Assembly (NCBI RefSeq): GCF_032444005.1
Contig: NC_091287.1
Span: 31,434,001-31,498,000, forward strand
DNA from: Ranitomeya imitator
Lineage: Eukaryota
DNA: 64,000 nt
Reading direction: 5' to 3'
Shown piece after piece: positions 1 to 13,786 of the stretch. The number at the start of each line of letters is the position of its first letter. Within the stretch, counting starts at the first letter, position 1. The notes under the pieces were generated by a model. The model saw only the letters and a list, made by a program, of their open reading frames with translations, was not told the origin of the DNA and made no database searches. A program made the position numbers and the translations under genes.

Positions 1-22
1 TCCTTCATTAGATCCTTCAGAA
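1..22 (-). CDS. PEX1: PEX1 exon 13, first 22 nt only (VLKDLMK...), runs off the window edge
   Basis: Acceptor ttttcctgcatttcag at 23+; in frame with exon 12. Confidence 0.75.
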
Positions 23-984
23 CTGAAATGCAGGAAAAAAAATAACCCAGGCAGTCAGAAAGGTCTGCAGAGTAAGATGATTCCCCAGCCTCCGAACAGG
101 GGTCTCACCCGGCCGGTGGCCGCAGCCGCGATTCATTTTCTGACGGTGTTTCCTGAGTAGCAAAGTGCATGGCCGCCTGTCCGGTCAGATCGTAAGCCAC
201 TTTAATAAACCGCCTTAAAGGAACAGGTCAACAATTTGGACTGTGCAAAACGTCTACCAGGGACAGATAGGAGAACGGCAAAAACAGACTGATAAGCAGC
301 GATTTGCTGGCAGAATACAGTTTTACTCCAGGGACCCCCCCGCTCCTGTAAATGCACTGGAGCAAGACCCTCACTATGACGTGCACGGCGGTTTGTGTAG
401 TGAGCGATCCCTGTATTGACGCTGCCATTCATTGCTTGCTATAGTGGGTCCCTGGTTGGACTTAACGGCCATAAACCAGTCATATACAGTAAAACTGTAT
501 ATGAAAAGTCATAGAAGTCAGTCATTCTGCCACCAGACTTGGAGGCAAAAGACAAAACTGCTGACAGGCTCCATTTAAAGAGAATAAAACTGTATTTTTT
601 CTAAGAATGCGGCAATACACAAACAGGCAATCCCTCCATGTGTTGCGGCTGTCGAACAGGGCAGGACATGCAGCTGTGGGGGCTCCAACATATCATTCTA
701 GCATGCCAAAGTGCTCTATTAGCACACGAGCATGCTGAGATAACACCTTATCCGAGCACACTCGCTCATCACTATGGCTGTATAGAACTTTATAAAGCCC
801 TCCTTTAGGCTACATATACTTTTTTGGTCGGATGAGGGAATGTAAAAGGAAAAAACGGCAATGTTGTTGTATTTTTTTTGCCATTTATGATTAAATAAAA
901 ATATCAGGATTACTTTATTATGGAGAAAGGGTTTCTATGTTTTTTTTTAAAGTTTACTAAACTTTTGCATCAGAGTGACATATA

Positions 985-989
<5 letters not shown>

Positions 990-1059
<70 letters not shown>
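990..1059. repeat. (TA)n microsatellite
   Basis: Direct reading. Confidence 0.97.
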
Positions 1060-1062
<3 letters not shown>

Positions 1063-1183
1063 TAGGATTAAAATGCGAGCACGCTGGCCTCCTTGGTGTT
1101 GTTTTACCTTTGCGTTATGCGCTTATACTTAATATTAAACCTTACAATTGTACCTTGATTGTTCTCGGAATACACTGTGCACT

Positions 1184-2165
1184 GCATGCCCAACTCTGCT
1201 ACATCACCATTGCTGAACCTTGTACTGCCTGACTATTCTCCTGTAGTGCATGCCCAACTCTGCTACATCACCATTGCTGAACCTTGTACTGCCTGACTAT
1301 TCTCCTGTAGTGCATGCTCAACTCTGCTACATCACCATTGCTGAACTTTGTACTGCCTGACTATTCTCCTGTAGTGCATGCCCAACTCTGCTACATCACC
1401 ATTGCTGAACCTTGTACTGCCTGACTATTCTCCTGTAGTGCATGCCCAACTCTGCTACATCACCATTGCTGAACCTTGTACTGCCTGACTATTCTCCTGA
1501 AGTGCATGCCCAACTCTGCTACATCACCATTGCTGAACCTTGTATTGCCTGACTATTCTCCTGAAGTGCATGCCCAACTCTGCTACATCACCATTGATGA
1601 ACCTTACATTGCCTGGCTATTCTCCTGTAGTGCATGCCCATCTCTGCTACATCACCATTGCTGAACCTTGCATTGCCTGACTATTCTCCTGTAGTGCATG
1701 CCCAACTCTGCTACATCACCATTGCTGAACCTTGCATTGCCTGACTATTCTCATGTAGTGCATGCCCAGCTCTGCTACATCACCATTGCTGAACCTTGTA
1801 TTGCCTGGCTATTCTCCTGTAGTGCATGCCCAACTCTGCTACATCACCATTGCTGAACCTTGCATTGCCTGACTATTCACTTTATGTGCATGCCCAACTC
1901 TGCTACATCACCATTGCTGAACCTTGCATTGCCTGACTATTCTCCTGTAGTGCATGCCCAACTCTGCTACATCACCATTGCTGAACCTTGCATTGCCTGA
2001 CTATTCTCATGTAGTGCATGCCCAGCTCTGCTACATCACCATTGCTGAACCTTGTATTGCCTGGCTATTCTCCTGTAGTGCATGCCCAACTCTGCTACAT
2101 CACCATTGCTGAACCTTGCATTGCCTGACTATTCACTTTATGTGCATGCCTATCTCTGCTACATC
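1184..2165. repeat. 64-bp minisatellite, about 15 copies (PEX1 intron 12)
   Basis: Unit gcatgcccaactctgctacatcaccattgctgaaccttgtactgcctgactattctcctgtagt. Confidence 0.95.
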
Positions 2166-2434
2166 TCTGTGGCAGAGCTTTGGGTCGTTGGACTACCCTC
2201 CTGACTATGGGAGCTTTCAGTGATCCCTTATTGGACGTCTATGGCTGTTATCCTACGTAACCATATCTCCCACTTCCCAAGAGGCACCGAAGAAGCAAAT
2301 TCAGTCATGTACCTCTACCAGAACCGAACAGAAGTCATAGTACAGGGGGTGCAAAATGTTTGGACTCCAGTGTAAACCAGGGATAATTTTGTAATTAAAT
2401 GATTTATGTTTTTAGCGTAGAAATATAGATTTAC

Positions 2435-2605
2435 CATAAGACACTTGCTTGCTGCGCACGGCCTCCGGGCCATGCTCCTGTTCGTGTGTTGCTGGCACAC
2501 CAGCAATGTGATCCAGGTCATCCAGTAAAAGAACAGCTGGTTGCCTCCACGCCGCCTCCGCAAATCCTTCCTCCAGAGTCTGGCATAAGCTTTCTAGAGT
2601 CTTTC
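2435..2605 (-). CDS. PEX1: PEX1 exon 12 (Walker B LLLDDLD)
   Basis: 171 nt; EAAWRQPAVLLLDDLDHIAG resembles human [20 protein letters not shown]. Confidence 0.96.
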
Positions 2606-3002
2606 CTGAAGGGTCACCATACAAGAAAGGTTACATGGAACTAGCAACTTCATTTTCTTATTATTTCTTAAACAGATTAATGGCAGCTATTACAGCACCA
2701 ATATCTGTCTTCTGGCTACAGAATCAGTGTAATGAACCAGGATGCACAGGATGAACAACAAAATAAGACGAGTGCTGCGTTGTATGCAATGCAAAAGAGT
2801 GACATCTATGGACACAATGGGCCAGCGATACCCTATTCCCAGCACCCTGATGATTAGCTGACCGAAGGGGGTCACACAAAGGGTCTTACTTCTGGTATTA
2901 CTGCTCAGTCTCATTCAAGTGAATGGAACGGCTAAAAGAGGATTTCCTCAGATGTTCTTCCTGGCAGTGAACTATGGCTGTATACCACTCATCATAAAGT
3001 AC

Positions 3003-3099
3003 CTTTTAATAATTTACAGTCGATTTCCTCCACATAGGCTTCCAGGTTGTTGAACGCCTCTCTGCATAATGCCCTCGCCATAGTGGATTTTCCACAGCC
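3003..3099 (-). CDS. PEX1: PEX1 exon 11 (GCGKSTMARALCREAF...), completes Walker A GPKGCGKST
   Basis: 97 nt, ttccccag / gtactt. Confidence 0.95.
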
Positions 3100-3210
3100 C
3101 TGGGGAAAACAAACAGTAGATGAATGTAGGGTACAGGGACCGAATATTGATCATACCGCATGATATGAGATGAATTCTTCTTCTCCATTCACATCCAAAG
3201 CTTCGATTTA

Positions 3211-3924
3211 AGGTACCGTCACATTAAGCGACGCTGCAGCGATCTAGACAACGATCCCGATCGCTGCAGCGTCGCTGTGTGGTCGCTGGAGAGCTGTCAC
3301 ACAGACAGCTCTCCAGCGACCAACTATGCCGAAGTCCCCTGGTAACCAGAGTAAACATTGGGTTACTAAGCGCAGGGCCGCGCTTAGTAACCCGATGTTT
3401 ACCCTGGTTACCAGCGTAAACGTAAAAAAAAACAAACACTACATACTTACATTCCGGCGTCTGTTCTCTCCGGCGCTCTGCTTCTCTGCACTAAGCGCCG
3501 GCCGGAAAGCAGAGCACAGCGGTGACGTCACCGCTGTGCTTTCCGGCTGGCGCTTACACAGTGCAGAGAAGCAGAGCGCCGGAGAGAACAGACACTGGAA
3601 TGTAAGTATGAAGTGTTTTTTTTTTTTTTACGTTTACGCTGGTAACCAGGGTAAACATCGGGTTACTAAGCGCGGCCCTGCGCTTAGTAACCCGTTGTTT
3701 ACCCTGGTTACCAGTGAAGACATCGCTGAATCGGCGTCACACACGCCGATTCAACGATGTCTGCGGGAGTCCGGCGTCGAAATAAAGTTCTGGACTTTCT
3801 GCTCCGACCAACAATGGCACAGCAGGATCCAGATCGCTGCTGCCTGTCAAACTGAACGATATCGCTAGCCAGGACGCTGCAACGTCACGGATCGCTAGCG
3901 ATATCGTTCAGCGTGAAGGTACCT
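3211..3924. mobile_element. Fold-back MITE (Harbinger-like)
   Basis: TIR AGGTACC(G/T)TCAC, TTA on both sides, mirrored internal arms. Confidence 0.8.
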
Positions 3925-4865
3925 TTAGGCATCAGATGAACATAGATCCCGGGATGTAAAACCCGAACCTTCCTCCGATGCATGCCATACAATAGCGAAG
4001 CCCGACTTAAAAGAAAAAAACATATAGCACAGTCGACTGCACTGCTATAGGTACATAAAAAATCCATATATACGTTAAATGCATATATATATTTTTTTAC
4101 AACAGGATCCTTCAGTTAAGGATGCCATGATTCGGAAGCATTCAGATAACGTATACGTCCTAGAGTATATGTCAGAGTAATTATTCAAAAACTCAATTTT
4201 AGTAGTAAAAATATCTCTATAATGTCATTTAAAGTGTTTTGTGCTGCGCTTCCCCTCCAGGCTGCTGAGTATTTGTCCGACCCACTGGCTGATACAGGCA
4301 GAAAAATGCTCCAGTGCAAGTACACTATATGGGTCATTTGCAGCCCAAGAGCTTCTAAAAGTGCAACATTTCACCTGCTTTGGAGGTAAAAATGGGCCCC
4401 CTTACCTCTTGGGCCCTTATGTGGCCGGACATGTTGCACCAATGATATGTCCGCCACTGGTTGGACCCCTATAACGCTAACTCCATCCGACCATGCACTC
4501 ACTTTTTATCTTTTTCCGCCCCTTCTTTCACCATCCCGCTGCACCTGCACTATGTGTAGCAGCGTCCTCCTAATTCTAGCGGTCAAATAAGGCGACATCA
4601 GCCGTGACGACCAATCAACAAGCCAGAAGAGGAGGGGACATGACATTAATTTGGCAAATCCCAGTCAAGTTACCACAATGAGTGTGAGCGGTTCAGCACC
4701 AATTCAGAAGAGAAAGATACTACAAATCTCCTTTGCATGGGTAATATCACCCTATAAGTCCAAGAAAAATCAACATCTAAAATGTGTTGTGAACATAGTA
4801 GGTCTTACCTGGAGGGACAGCCTCTCACACACTGACTAAAAATGAATACTCAGGGTGATGCAGCC

Positions 4866-5590
4866 CCACGGTCAGACCCCCAGAAATTAAACACTGGCCA
4901 TGAGGCGGACTCACAGTCATTCCCCAGTGATCAAACACTGACCATGCTGCGACCAAACACTGACTGTGCTGAGGCCTCATGGTCAGACCCCAGAGAGCAA
5001 ACACTGACTGTGCTGAGGCCTCACAGTCACTCCCCAGTGATCAAACACTGACCGTGCTGCGGCCTCACAGTCAGACCCCCAGAGACTAAACAGTGACCGC
5101 GATGAGGCCTCATAGTCACTCCCCAGAAATCAAACACTGACCATGTTGCGGCCCCATGGTCAGACCCCAGAGACCAAACACTGACTGTGCTGAGGCCTCA
5201 CAGTCACTCCCCAGTGATCAAACACTGACCGTGCTGCAGCTTCACAGTCAGACCCCCAGAGACCAAACACTGACCGTGCTGCGGCCTCACAGTCCCTCCC
5301 CAGAGATCAAACACTGACCGTGCTGTGGCACAACGATCAGACCCCCAGAGATCAAATACTAACCGTGCTGTGGCCCCACGGTCAGACACCCAGGGATTAA
5401 ACACTGACCGTGCTGCGGCCTCACGTTCAGACACCCAGAGATCAAACACTGACCGTGCTGCGGCCCCACGGTCAGACACCCAGAGATCAAACACTGACCG
5501 TGCTGCGGCCCCAGGGTCAGACACCCAGACATCAAACAGTGACAGTGTTGCAGCCCCACGGTCAGACACCCAGAGATAAGACACTGACCA
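4866..5590. repeat. 45-bp minisatellite (PEX1 intron 10)
   Basis: Unit ...gtcagacacccagagatcaaacactgaccgtgctgcggccccacg. Confidence 0.9.
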
Positions 5591-6011
5591 AGCATTTTAT
5601 ATCTATTTATACCATTTGTGGTATAAACCCCCTTTAAAGCGTTTGAAAATTTTTTATCAAGTGGTGTTTGCCTTTAAAGGAATATTGCCATTTTATAAAG
5701 CGATTACGTATCGCTGGCATATGCTGTAACTATGATTAGTAGGGTTCTGACCACTGGGACAGTTACTGATCCAGAGAATGAAGAGTGCAGGGTCGCCCAA
5801 GTCCCTGGCTGGGGAATAGCTGTGCAGGGGAAACACAGTAAAGGGACCCAGTTATAAACCAGTACTGCAATCTCACCTTCAGGATCAGAGGCTACCTCAG
5901 AATTCGGACCTCCACTAATTAGAATATCCTACATATATGCCATCACTTTATAACATGGAAATGCGCCTTTAAATGTTCTGACCATTGCATAAAGCACTCG
6001 CATGCTGATAC

Positions 6012-6144
6012 CTTTGGTCCAGATAGGAGCACAGCTCCGCTGCGTAGTCCAGATGCCGTGGAGACAAACTGCCTGGATAATGGACGTCCCATTAGACAGT
6101 GAACAATATGGTCGTAGCAGGTTGTCAGTAAGCCATCAACACCA
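6012..6144 (-). CDS. PEX1: PEX1 exon 10 (GVDGLL...MGRPLSRQ...LLSGPK), start of D1 Walker A
   Basis: 133 nt; GRPLSRQ motif; canonical sites. Confidence 0.95.
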
Positions 6145-6780
6145 CTGTAATATAAAAGCACCTGTATATAAATCCTTCTGTATTAAAGCTGCTACAAGCC
6201 TAGAGGCGGAAGGAGCGATCAGGTGCAGGACGACCACCGACCGGGAGAAGGAAGCAGCCACACAGAAGTAGCTAAATAATAACATGTTCTGCGTTAGCAG
6301 ACACCACTAGGGGGAGCTCACTGCATACCTATCTGTAACACCTGAACCCCTTCTCAAAGTGGAGAGGATCCATTTTTCTGCTTTTATTTTTCTCTCCCTT
6401 GACTACAGAAAGAGCCATAACATTTTTTTTTTTTTTAGGGCTTGTTTTTATTTTTTTTGGCACAAGTTGTAGTTTTAATTCGACCAATGACAAAAAAACA
6501 GCAATTGTTTTTTAATTATTTTAAAACGTTTTATTGTTAATGTTCTTGATTGTTTTTAAACTTACTTATTTTTTTAAAGGAGACTTGAACATGAGATTGA
6601 TTGATCTTAGTTACAATGCAAGCAATACTCCTGCATTGCCTTGTATTTTCCTGCCATCAGTTTAAGAGGTTGTTCACCTTTGGGAATATTTTTAAATACA
6701 TGTATTTGGGCTCTGCTCCTCATTCTAACCCCTTAGATGCCGTGATAACTGATAACTGCTGCATCTAAGCGAGTTACAAA

Positions 6781-7956
6781 ATTGTCATCAGAGTCTTTTC
6801 TGATCACAGGGATGTTACACGATTGTCATCAGAATCATCTCTGATCACAGGGATGTTACATGATTGTCATCAGAGTCATCTCTGATCACAGGGATGTTAC
6901 ATAATTGTCATCAGAGTCTTCTCTGATCACAGGGATGTTACATGATTGTCATCAGAATCATCTCTGATCACAGGGATGTTACATGATTGTCATCAGAGTC
7001 ATCTCTGATCACAGGGATGTTACATAATGGTCATCAGAGTCTTCTCTGATCACAGGGATGTTACATGATTGTCATCAGAGTCATCTCTGACCACAGGGAT
7101 GTTACATGATAGTTATCAGAGTCATCTCTTATAACAGGGATGTTACAGGATTGTCATCAGAGTCATCTCTGATCACAGGGATGTTACACAATTGTGATCA
7201 GAGTCATCTCTGATCACAGGGATGTTACATGATTGTCATCAGAGTCATCTCTGACCACAGGGATGTTACATGATAGTTATCAGAGTCATCTCTTATAACA
7301 GGGATGTTACAGGATTGTCATCAGAGTCATCTCTGATCACAGGGATGTTACATGATAGTTATCAGAGTCATCTCTGACCACAGGGATGTTACATGATAGT
7401 TATCAGAGTCTTCTCTGATCACAGGGATGTTACAGGATTGTCATCAGAGTCATCTCTGATCACAGGGATGTTACATGATAGTTATCAGAGTCATCTCTGA
7501 TCACAGGGATGTTACATGATAGTTATCAGAGTCATCTCTGATCACAGGGATGTTACATGATAGTTATCAGAGTCATCTCTGATCACAGGGATGTTACATG
7601 ATAGTTATCAGAGTCATCTCTGATCACAGGGATGTTACATGATAGTTATCAGAGTCATCTCTGATCACAGGGATGTTACATGATAGTTATCAGAGTCATC
7701 TCTGATCACAGGGATGTTACACGATTGTCATCAGAGTCTTCTCTTATTACAGGGATGTTACACGATTGTCATCAGAGTCATCTCTGATCACAGGGATATT
7801 ACACGATTGTCATCAGAGTCTTCTCTGATCACAAGGATATTACACGATTGTCATCAGAGTCTTCTCTGATCACAGGGATATTACACGATTGTCATCAGAG
7901 TCTTCTCTGATAACAGGGATGTTACATGATTGTCATCAGAGTCATCTCTGATCACA
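6781..7956. repeat. 41-bp minisatellite, about 28 copies (PEX1 intron 9)
   Basis: Unit attgtcatcagagtcatctctgatcacagggatgttacatg. Confidence 0.95.
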
Positions 7957-8260
7957 GTAGTCTCAGATAGGTGGTCTTCTGTATAACAGCAGGTACCATC
8001 TGCATACAGAGCAGGCTTAGTTTTTCAGTCCAATCCACACAAGTCCTTTCAAATTATACATACTCTGAGGATGTGAGAAAGGGAATAATTATACTAGCCA
8101 TACAATTATGTATGTAAAGATCTCCTTTATCATTTCTTCTGCTTCTCCTCAGTGTAGGTATTACTGCACCCGTACAGATACCCCGGCTGTAGTTACATCT
8201 GTGGTCTGTACGTTAAGAATTTAGAACATATTTAAAGAAAAATGGGAATTTTCTTCATAC

Positions 8261-8349
8261 CCCAATCTGTTCATCTGCAGGTAGGCGAGGCTTTGATCAG
8301 GTTGCTGGAGAATGGGAGGACTAACCGTCGGAGTGAAATCTACATCCAC
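8261..8349 (-). CDS. PEX1: PEX1 exon 9 (VDVDFTP...LAYLQMNRLG)
   Basis: 89 nt, tatgtag / gtatga; phase 0-2 fits exons 8 and 10; divergent but ends like human LPFLKLSSLG. Confidence 0.8.
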
Positions 8350-8639
8350 CTACATAAGATAAAAGAGACTTTAGTATTACTGGTAATAGAAGACGGGGAC
8401 CTATAAATGCATCATACATTGGTCTATCCGATTATTGCTGCACAGTAATCATTAGTCCTGAGCAATCATCACTGCGAAAAAACAGTGTCATCATGGCCGT
8501 CCTCTGCTAAAAACTGAACTTAGAATAAGCTATAAGTGTGAATAAACACCTGTCCGGGTGAACGGCGATATACTCCAGTAACAGCAACAGTACAAACGAT
8601 GTCCGTCACTCACATCTTCTTACAAGAATTGCTTTTTCA

Positions 8640-8878
8640 ATCCAGTAGTATAAAAAGCACAAAAAATGGTTGAACACAATGGAACAAAAATTAAAAAGGC
8701 AGAAAATAAAATGTTTGCTGCGCTCCCAGGCAACATGTTTCCGACCTGCATGGTGCTGGACCATGTACTGTAGGTCTGAAACATGCTGTCTGGGAGCGCA
8801 GCGGATATTTATTTTCTGCCTTTTAAATTTTTGTTATGTTGTGTTCAACCATTTTTTGTGCTTTTTATACTACTGGAT
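8640..8878. repeat. About 240-bp imperfect fold-back palindrome (MITE remnant)
   Basis: atccagtagtataaaaagcacaaaaaatggttgaacaca mirrored by tgtgttcaaccattttttgtgctttttatactactggat. Confidence 0.75.
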
Positions 8879-9015
8879 CAATAAAGTAATTTAAGTGGTT
8901 ATTTAGGACACCGATCCGACATGTCCTAGTCATGTCCCCCTCACATTGCATTGAGCCCCCTCGTTACCAGCACTGGGCACAACTTCTCTAATAAATGATC
9001 TTACTTGATATTTAC

Positions 9016-9119
9016 ATAAATTTTAGTCTTCTGTAGGAAATCTTGACATAACATGTATATTTCGTCCGGTCTCGCAGATTCCGAAGAATCGTGTGGAATA
9101 AATGAGAATTCTGCAATTT
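9016..9119 (-). CDS. PEX1: PEX1 exon 8 (EIAEFSFIPH...DFLQKTKIY)
   Basis: 104 nt, gctacag / gtaaat, frame continuous with flanking exons. Confidence 0.88.
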
Positions 9120-9814
9120 CTGTAGCAAAAAAAAAAAAAGAACACTTAAAGGGGATTATCATTTTTATCATTTATCATTTTTTCCCACCTCCCTATTGTA
9201 TAATAAACCCTCAGATCTGTCTTCCATCTTTTTCTGCCTCCAGCTCCTACATACTTGTCTCTGGGCGGTCCTTCGGTGCTGTCCGTGTGACCCCTGTAAA
9301 CTACATTTCCCACAGTCCCTTGCTTCTTTCTCCAGGCTCCTGCTGTCCCCCATGCACAGATGACATTAGCTGCTCCTCCAGCTGCTCTGTGATCTGGTAA
9401 TGGCCCCCGGGGCACAGCGGAGCGTAGTGTCTAATATTAGATCCACACATGTGATTATAGTCTGTCTCTACCATGTCCACCCAGTGTAGTGAGGACGGTG
9501 CAATCACCAATTCACTAGGATATTCAGCCAATGAGCTGTGATTGATATTCGGGGAATATCCCTTTAATGACAGGTCTCCCCACAGATCACAGCTGGCGAT
9601 GATTACGTGGGTCTCAGAAGGAGGACACGTTGCTAACAGATTATTAAATACCGAAGAGTTAAGAAAAATGGGGCAGAAAGAAGCCACTGTCCTGGGATCC
9701 ACCGCCGGCCTCCACCATGAGCACCGGACCAAAACATGCTTCATAAAAGGGACTGTCTCGCTATGCCAACTCTCCTATTAAAGTACATGGACACAGGTGT
9801 GTGATTATGATATG

Positions 9815-11100
9815 GAGGTATTATTTGGGCACTATATGGAATTATTATTTGGGCGTTATATGGTGATATTATTTGGGCACTATATGGAGACATTATTTGC
9901 ACAATATATGGTGGTATTATTAGGGTGCTATATTATGGTATTTCTTGGGTGCCGTATGGTGGTATTATTTGGGCAGTGCATGGAGGTATTATTTGAGCAC
10001 TGTATGGACATATTTGAGCACTGTATGGAAGTATTATTTGAGCACTGTATGGGGGTATTTGGACACTGTATGGAGGTATTATTTGAGTACTGTATAGAGG
10101 TATTATTTGAGTACTGTATAGAGGTATCTGAGCACTGTATGGAGGTATTTGAGCACTGTATGGAGGTATTATTTGAGTACTGTATAGAGGTATCTGAGCA
10201 CTGTATGGAGGTATTTGAGCACTGTATGGAGGTATTATTTGAGTACTGTATAGAGGTATCTGAGCACTGTATGGAGGTATTTGAGTACTGTGTGGACGTA
10301 TTTGAACACTGTATGGAGGTATTATTTGAGTACTGTATAGAGGTATCTGAGCACTGTATGGAGGTATTAATTGAGTACTGTATAGAGATATCTGAGCACT
10401 GTATGGAGGTATTATTTGAGCACTGTGTGGACATATTTGAACACTGTATGGAGGTATTATTTGAGCACTGTGTGGACATATTTGAACACTGTATGGAGGT
10501 ATTATTTGAGCACTGTGTGGACATATTTGAACACTGTATGGAGGTATTATTTGAGTACTGTATAGAGGTATCTGAGCACTGTATGGAGGTATTTGAGCAC
10601 TGTGTGGACGTATTTGAACACTGTATGGAGGTTTTATCTGAGTACTGTACAGAGGTATCTGAGCACTGTATGGAGGTATTATTTAAGTACTGTTTTGAGG
10701 TATCTGAGCACTGTATGAAGGTGTTATTTAAGTACTGTATAGAGGTATCTGAGCACTGTATGGAGGTATTATTTAAGTACTGTTTTGAGGTATCTGAGCA
10801 CTGTATGAAGGTGTTATTTAAGTACTGTATAGAGGTATCTGAGCTCTGTATGCAGGTATTATTTGAGCACTGTATGGACATATTTGAACACTGTATGGAG
10901 GTATTATTTGAGTACTGTATAGAGATATCTGAGCACTATATGGAGGTATTATTTAGGCACACTATGAAGGTATTATTTGGGCACACTATGGAGGTGTGCT
11001 ACATTGTGGCATTATTTGGTCACTGTATGGACATATTATTTTACCACTGTATTGAGTTATTATCTGAACACTGTATGGAGGTATTATTTGGGCACTGTGT
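9815..11100. repeat. 21/24-bp composite minisatellite (PEX1 intron 7)
   Basis: Unit gagcactgtatggaggt(att)attt; source of spurious 480- and 317-aa ORFs. Confidence 0.92.
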
Positions 11101-11532
11101 AAGAGCACTCAATAATTCAGTTTTCTCCGCATGTTCTGGAAGAAGTGCTTTGCATACAATGACTTGTCAAAGAGCCTTTACAGACCTTATTGTGGTCCGG
11201 ACTCAAATCCTCTATATATGTATGGTATGTGAAATATAAAAGTTTAATCTCCATATAAACCAGATCCAAAACGTTTAATAATAAATAACCTTTTTTTCTG
11301 ATAAAAAGTCATCACCTATCGGCGATATATTTTGTACCAGAGATAAAGGTGCCCCATTGGAGAGAAAAAAATTTCAATCAGCCGATCTGTGCGAGTCCCT
11401 GAGACTGGGCCCCCACTGATCAGCAAGCTGCCACCTATCCTGCAGTAGAGGTTAAAGGGGTTGTCCAGTGAGAACAAGTTATGTCACAGATATTCAGGCC
11501 AATAAATTATAACACATTCTCTTATTACTTGC

Positions 11533-11656
11533 CTTCACCAAGAGAAAGCTGTGCGGTGTCTGTTTTCCCTGAAATCCACGGCGAGGATGAGGTACTGTGC
11601 GAGTGCAGCCACGAGTTGAACGCAGCTTTTATTTCTTCGGCTGTAATGTCTTTACC
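11533..11656 (-). CDS. PEX1: PEX1 exon 7 (GKDITAEEIKAAFNSWL...), followed by a GC splice donor
   Basis: 124 nt keeps frame with exon 8; boundary GAAG|gcaagt. Confidence 0.88.
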
Positions 11657-12001
11657 CTTTAAAAGACAATTATTACGATATTAAAAGTGATTTTAGGTTT
11701 TATCATTTCTGGGATTGCTGAAATCTGAAAAACGTGGTCCAGGAAAAGAACGTTAAAGAAAAATAAGCCTGCAGGAGGGTAATTAAGCCACTGACCTAAA
11801 CACATAAATACACTTTGCACTGCTGGATCACAGAACCCACAGTCTTAGAAGGAATGTCTTTCCTCCATGCTTTACACTGCATCCTTTTAGAATATTCGTG
11901 TATCTTGGGTAAATTTGAAATCAGATTTTTTTTTTTTTTTAAATTAATTTCTCTCACTTGCTATTACCCGAAAACTTAGTATCTGTGATCCAGTCACTCA
12001 C

Positions 12002-12121
12002 CAAGCACTGCTTGGGTTGCAGCGTGATCGATGAAGGGATTTTGGGCCGGGGTTCCACTGACTGTATCCTGACGGCGGAGGATATATTAACATTCAAGTT
12101 CTTTCTTAATCTCTCAGGAAT
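12002..12121 (-). CDS. PEX1: PEX1 exon 6 (IPERLRKNLNV...TLQPKQCL)
   Basis: 120 nt, canonical sites, resembles human IPDDLRKRLNI...KLQPRENL. Confidence 0.93.
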
Positions 12122-13786
12122 CTGCATGGAGACAACATATAGGAAAAACAATCAGACAATCAAGAAACACAATACTGTCATATCATGTCACAATGTGTAC
12201 GATGCCGCACTTAGTTACTCTGTCCTTCCCCCTTACTTTACACTGCAGCTCTGCTTGCTCTGCTACTATGTTAGGAAATGTCCTGCTCTATATTATACAG
12301 ACAACTCACTGATATGAATGGGCACCATGTATCGCTTCATTTTCCCTGTGGTGGCGCTGCAAAAAAAGTGAACCAGGTTTGCAGAAGTATTACAAGTGAC
12401 CGCTGGGGGAGCCGAACAAAAGGCATAGTCCAGCGGCCATGTCAGTAGTCTGTGACCGGACTAGACTGCATGGGAGCCATGTGACCACCGCCTCGGCCGC
12501 TACCTGTTCTGATCAGTAGGTCTGGAGCAACGTCACGCAGCAATAATGGCGTTGCGCTGGGAATACCAATTATGAAAGACGCCGGGTGTTCCTGCAGGTA
12601 GGAGGACGTTTGCAAAGCTCCTGTCGAGAGGCCGGTGAAAACTGATGTCACTGATTGACCAAGGTCCTGGAAGTCGAATTGATCATCTCTGCAAAACGTA
12701 AACTTATATATATAGTTAAAAAAAAAATTAAAAAAAGAATAAAAATTGGTGTGTTACAAGTTTCTGAGGCCCATACGTTTTTTTTACTCTTCTATCGATG
12801 GTGCAGCATCAGTGTGTGTTTTTTGCAGAGTGAGCTGTAGTTCTTATTGCTACCATCTTAAATTACTTTTCACTTTATTTATTTTTTTATAGTCCACTTT
12901 CAGGACTTGAACCTTGTATACTCACTGCAATGCTTTAGTATTGTGGTAAATGTTCTGGTTATATTTTCAGCCTCTGGTCATTAGCAAAGATTTTTTTTTC
13001 CCACTGACAGCAAGCAGAAACATTGTATACGGTGAAGAATTAAAACACAACAAAAAATTGCCTTATTACCCACAGCATCCAATCAGAACTGAGCTTTCAT
13101 TCACTAAACTGCTCTGTAAAAATAAAAGCTGCATTGTGATTGGTTGCAGCCAGGCCAGTTTTTCTTTGAGATAGTATTGATAGATGAGGTCCAAAGGCCT
13201 ACATTTTCTAAAATTGATATAAGAAAAAAGAAGAATAGTTGCTCACTGCTCCTGTAATTTTTTTTTACTACATAATGCAACACGGAAGAATATATTTCTA
13301 TACAGATTTTTAAAGTTTTTTTTTTTACGTTTTTTTTTTCCCTTTTGGGGACTTGAACCTAAGATTATTTGATTGCTTATGATACATTCTGCAGTACTGA
13401 AGAATCAGAGTATATATAACAATCGAGTATATATCACTAGCAGGTGTAAATCCCCTATAGGGACTAAAAAATAAAAAAAAATGTATATGGATGTCTTCCT
13501 GGAGCAGAACAATATTGTATCATACAATTATTAGGTTCTGTAGAAGGACGTAGATCTGGGGATTTATTATGATGGAATATAGGCTGAACTGGATGGACAA
13601 ATGTCTTTTTTCGGCCTTACTAACTATGTTACTATATAAATATATACTTCAGTGTTGCAGTATATAGTAAGAATCACATGTGGCTGGGCTTTACAGGGAC
13701 CTCTTTAGCAGACCCCAGGTTGTCATTGAAATCCATGGGCACTCCACGACCACAGGAGGTTAAAATGCACAGATCAGAGCTATCTA

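Noticed and set aside
228-428. Hydrophobic 66-aa ORF that looked like a receptor fragment
   Set aside because: Lies in PEX1 intron 12 just before the exon-13 acceptor; no recognisable motif
6002-6011. PEX1 intron 10 donor gtatcag as a possible U12-type intron
   Set aside because: Does not match the RTATCCTT consensus; treated as an ordinary U2 donor
9797-11239. 480-aa Cys/His/Glu-rich ORF (MEVLFEHC repeats) and the antisense 317-aa ORF
   Set aside because: Translation of a minisatellite whose units are multiples of 3 (21/24 bp) and which slips by ATT; no ATG context, promoter or non-repetitive domain
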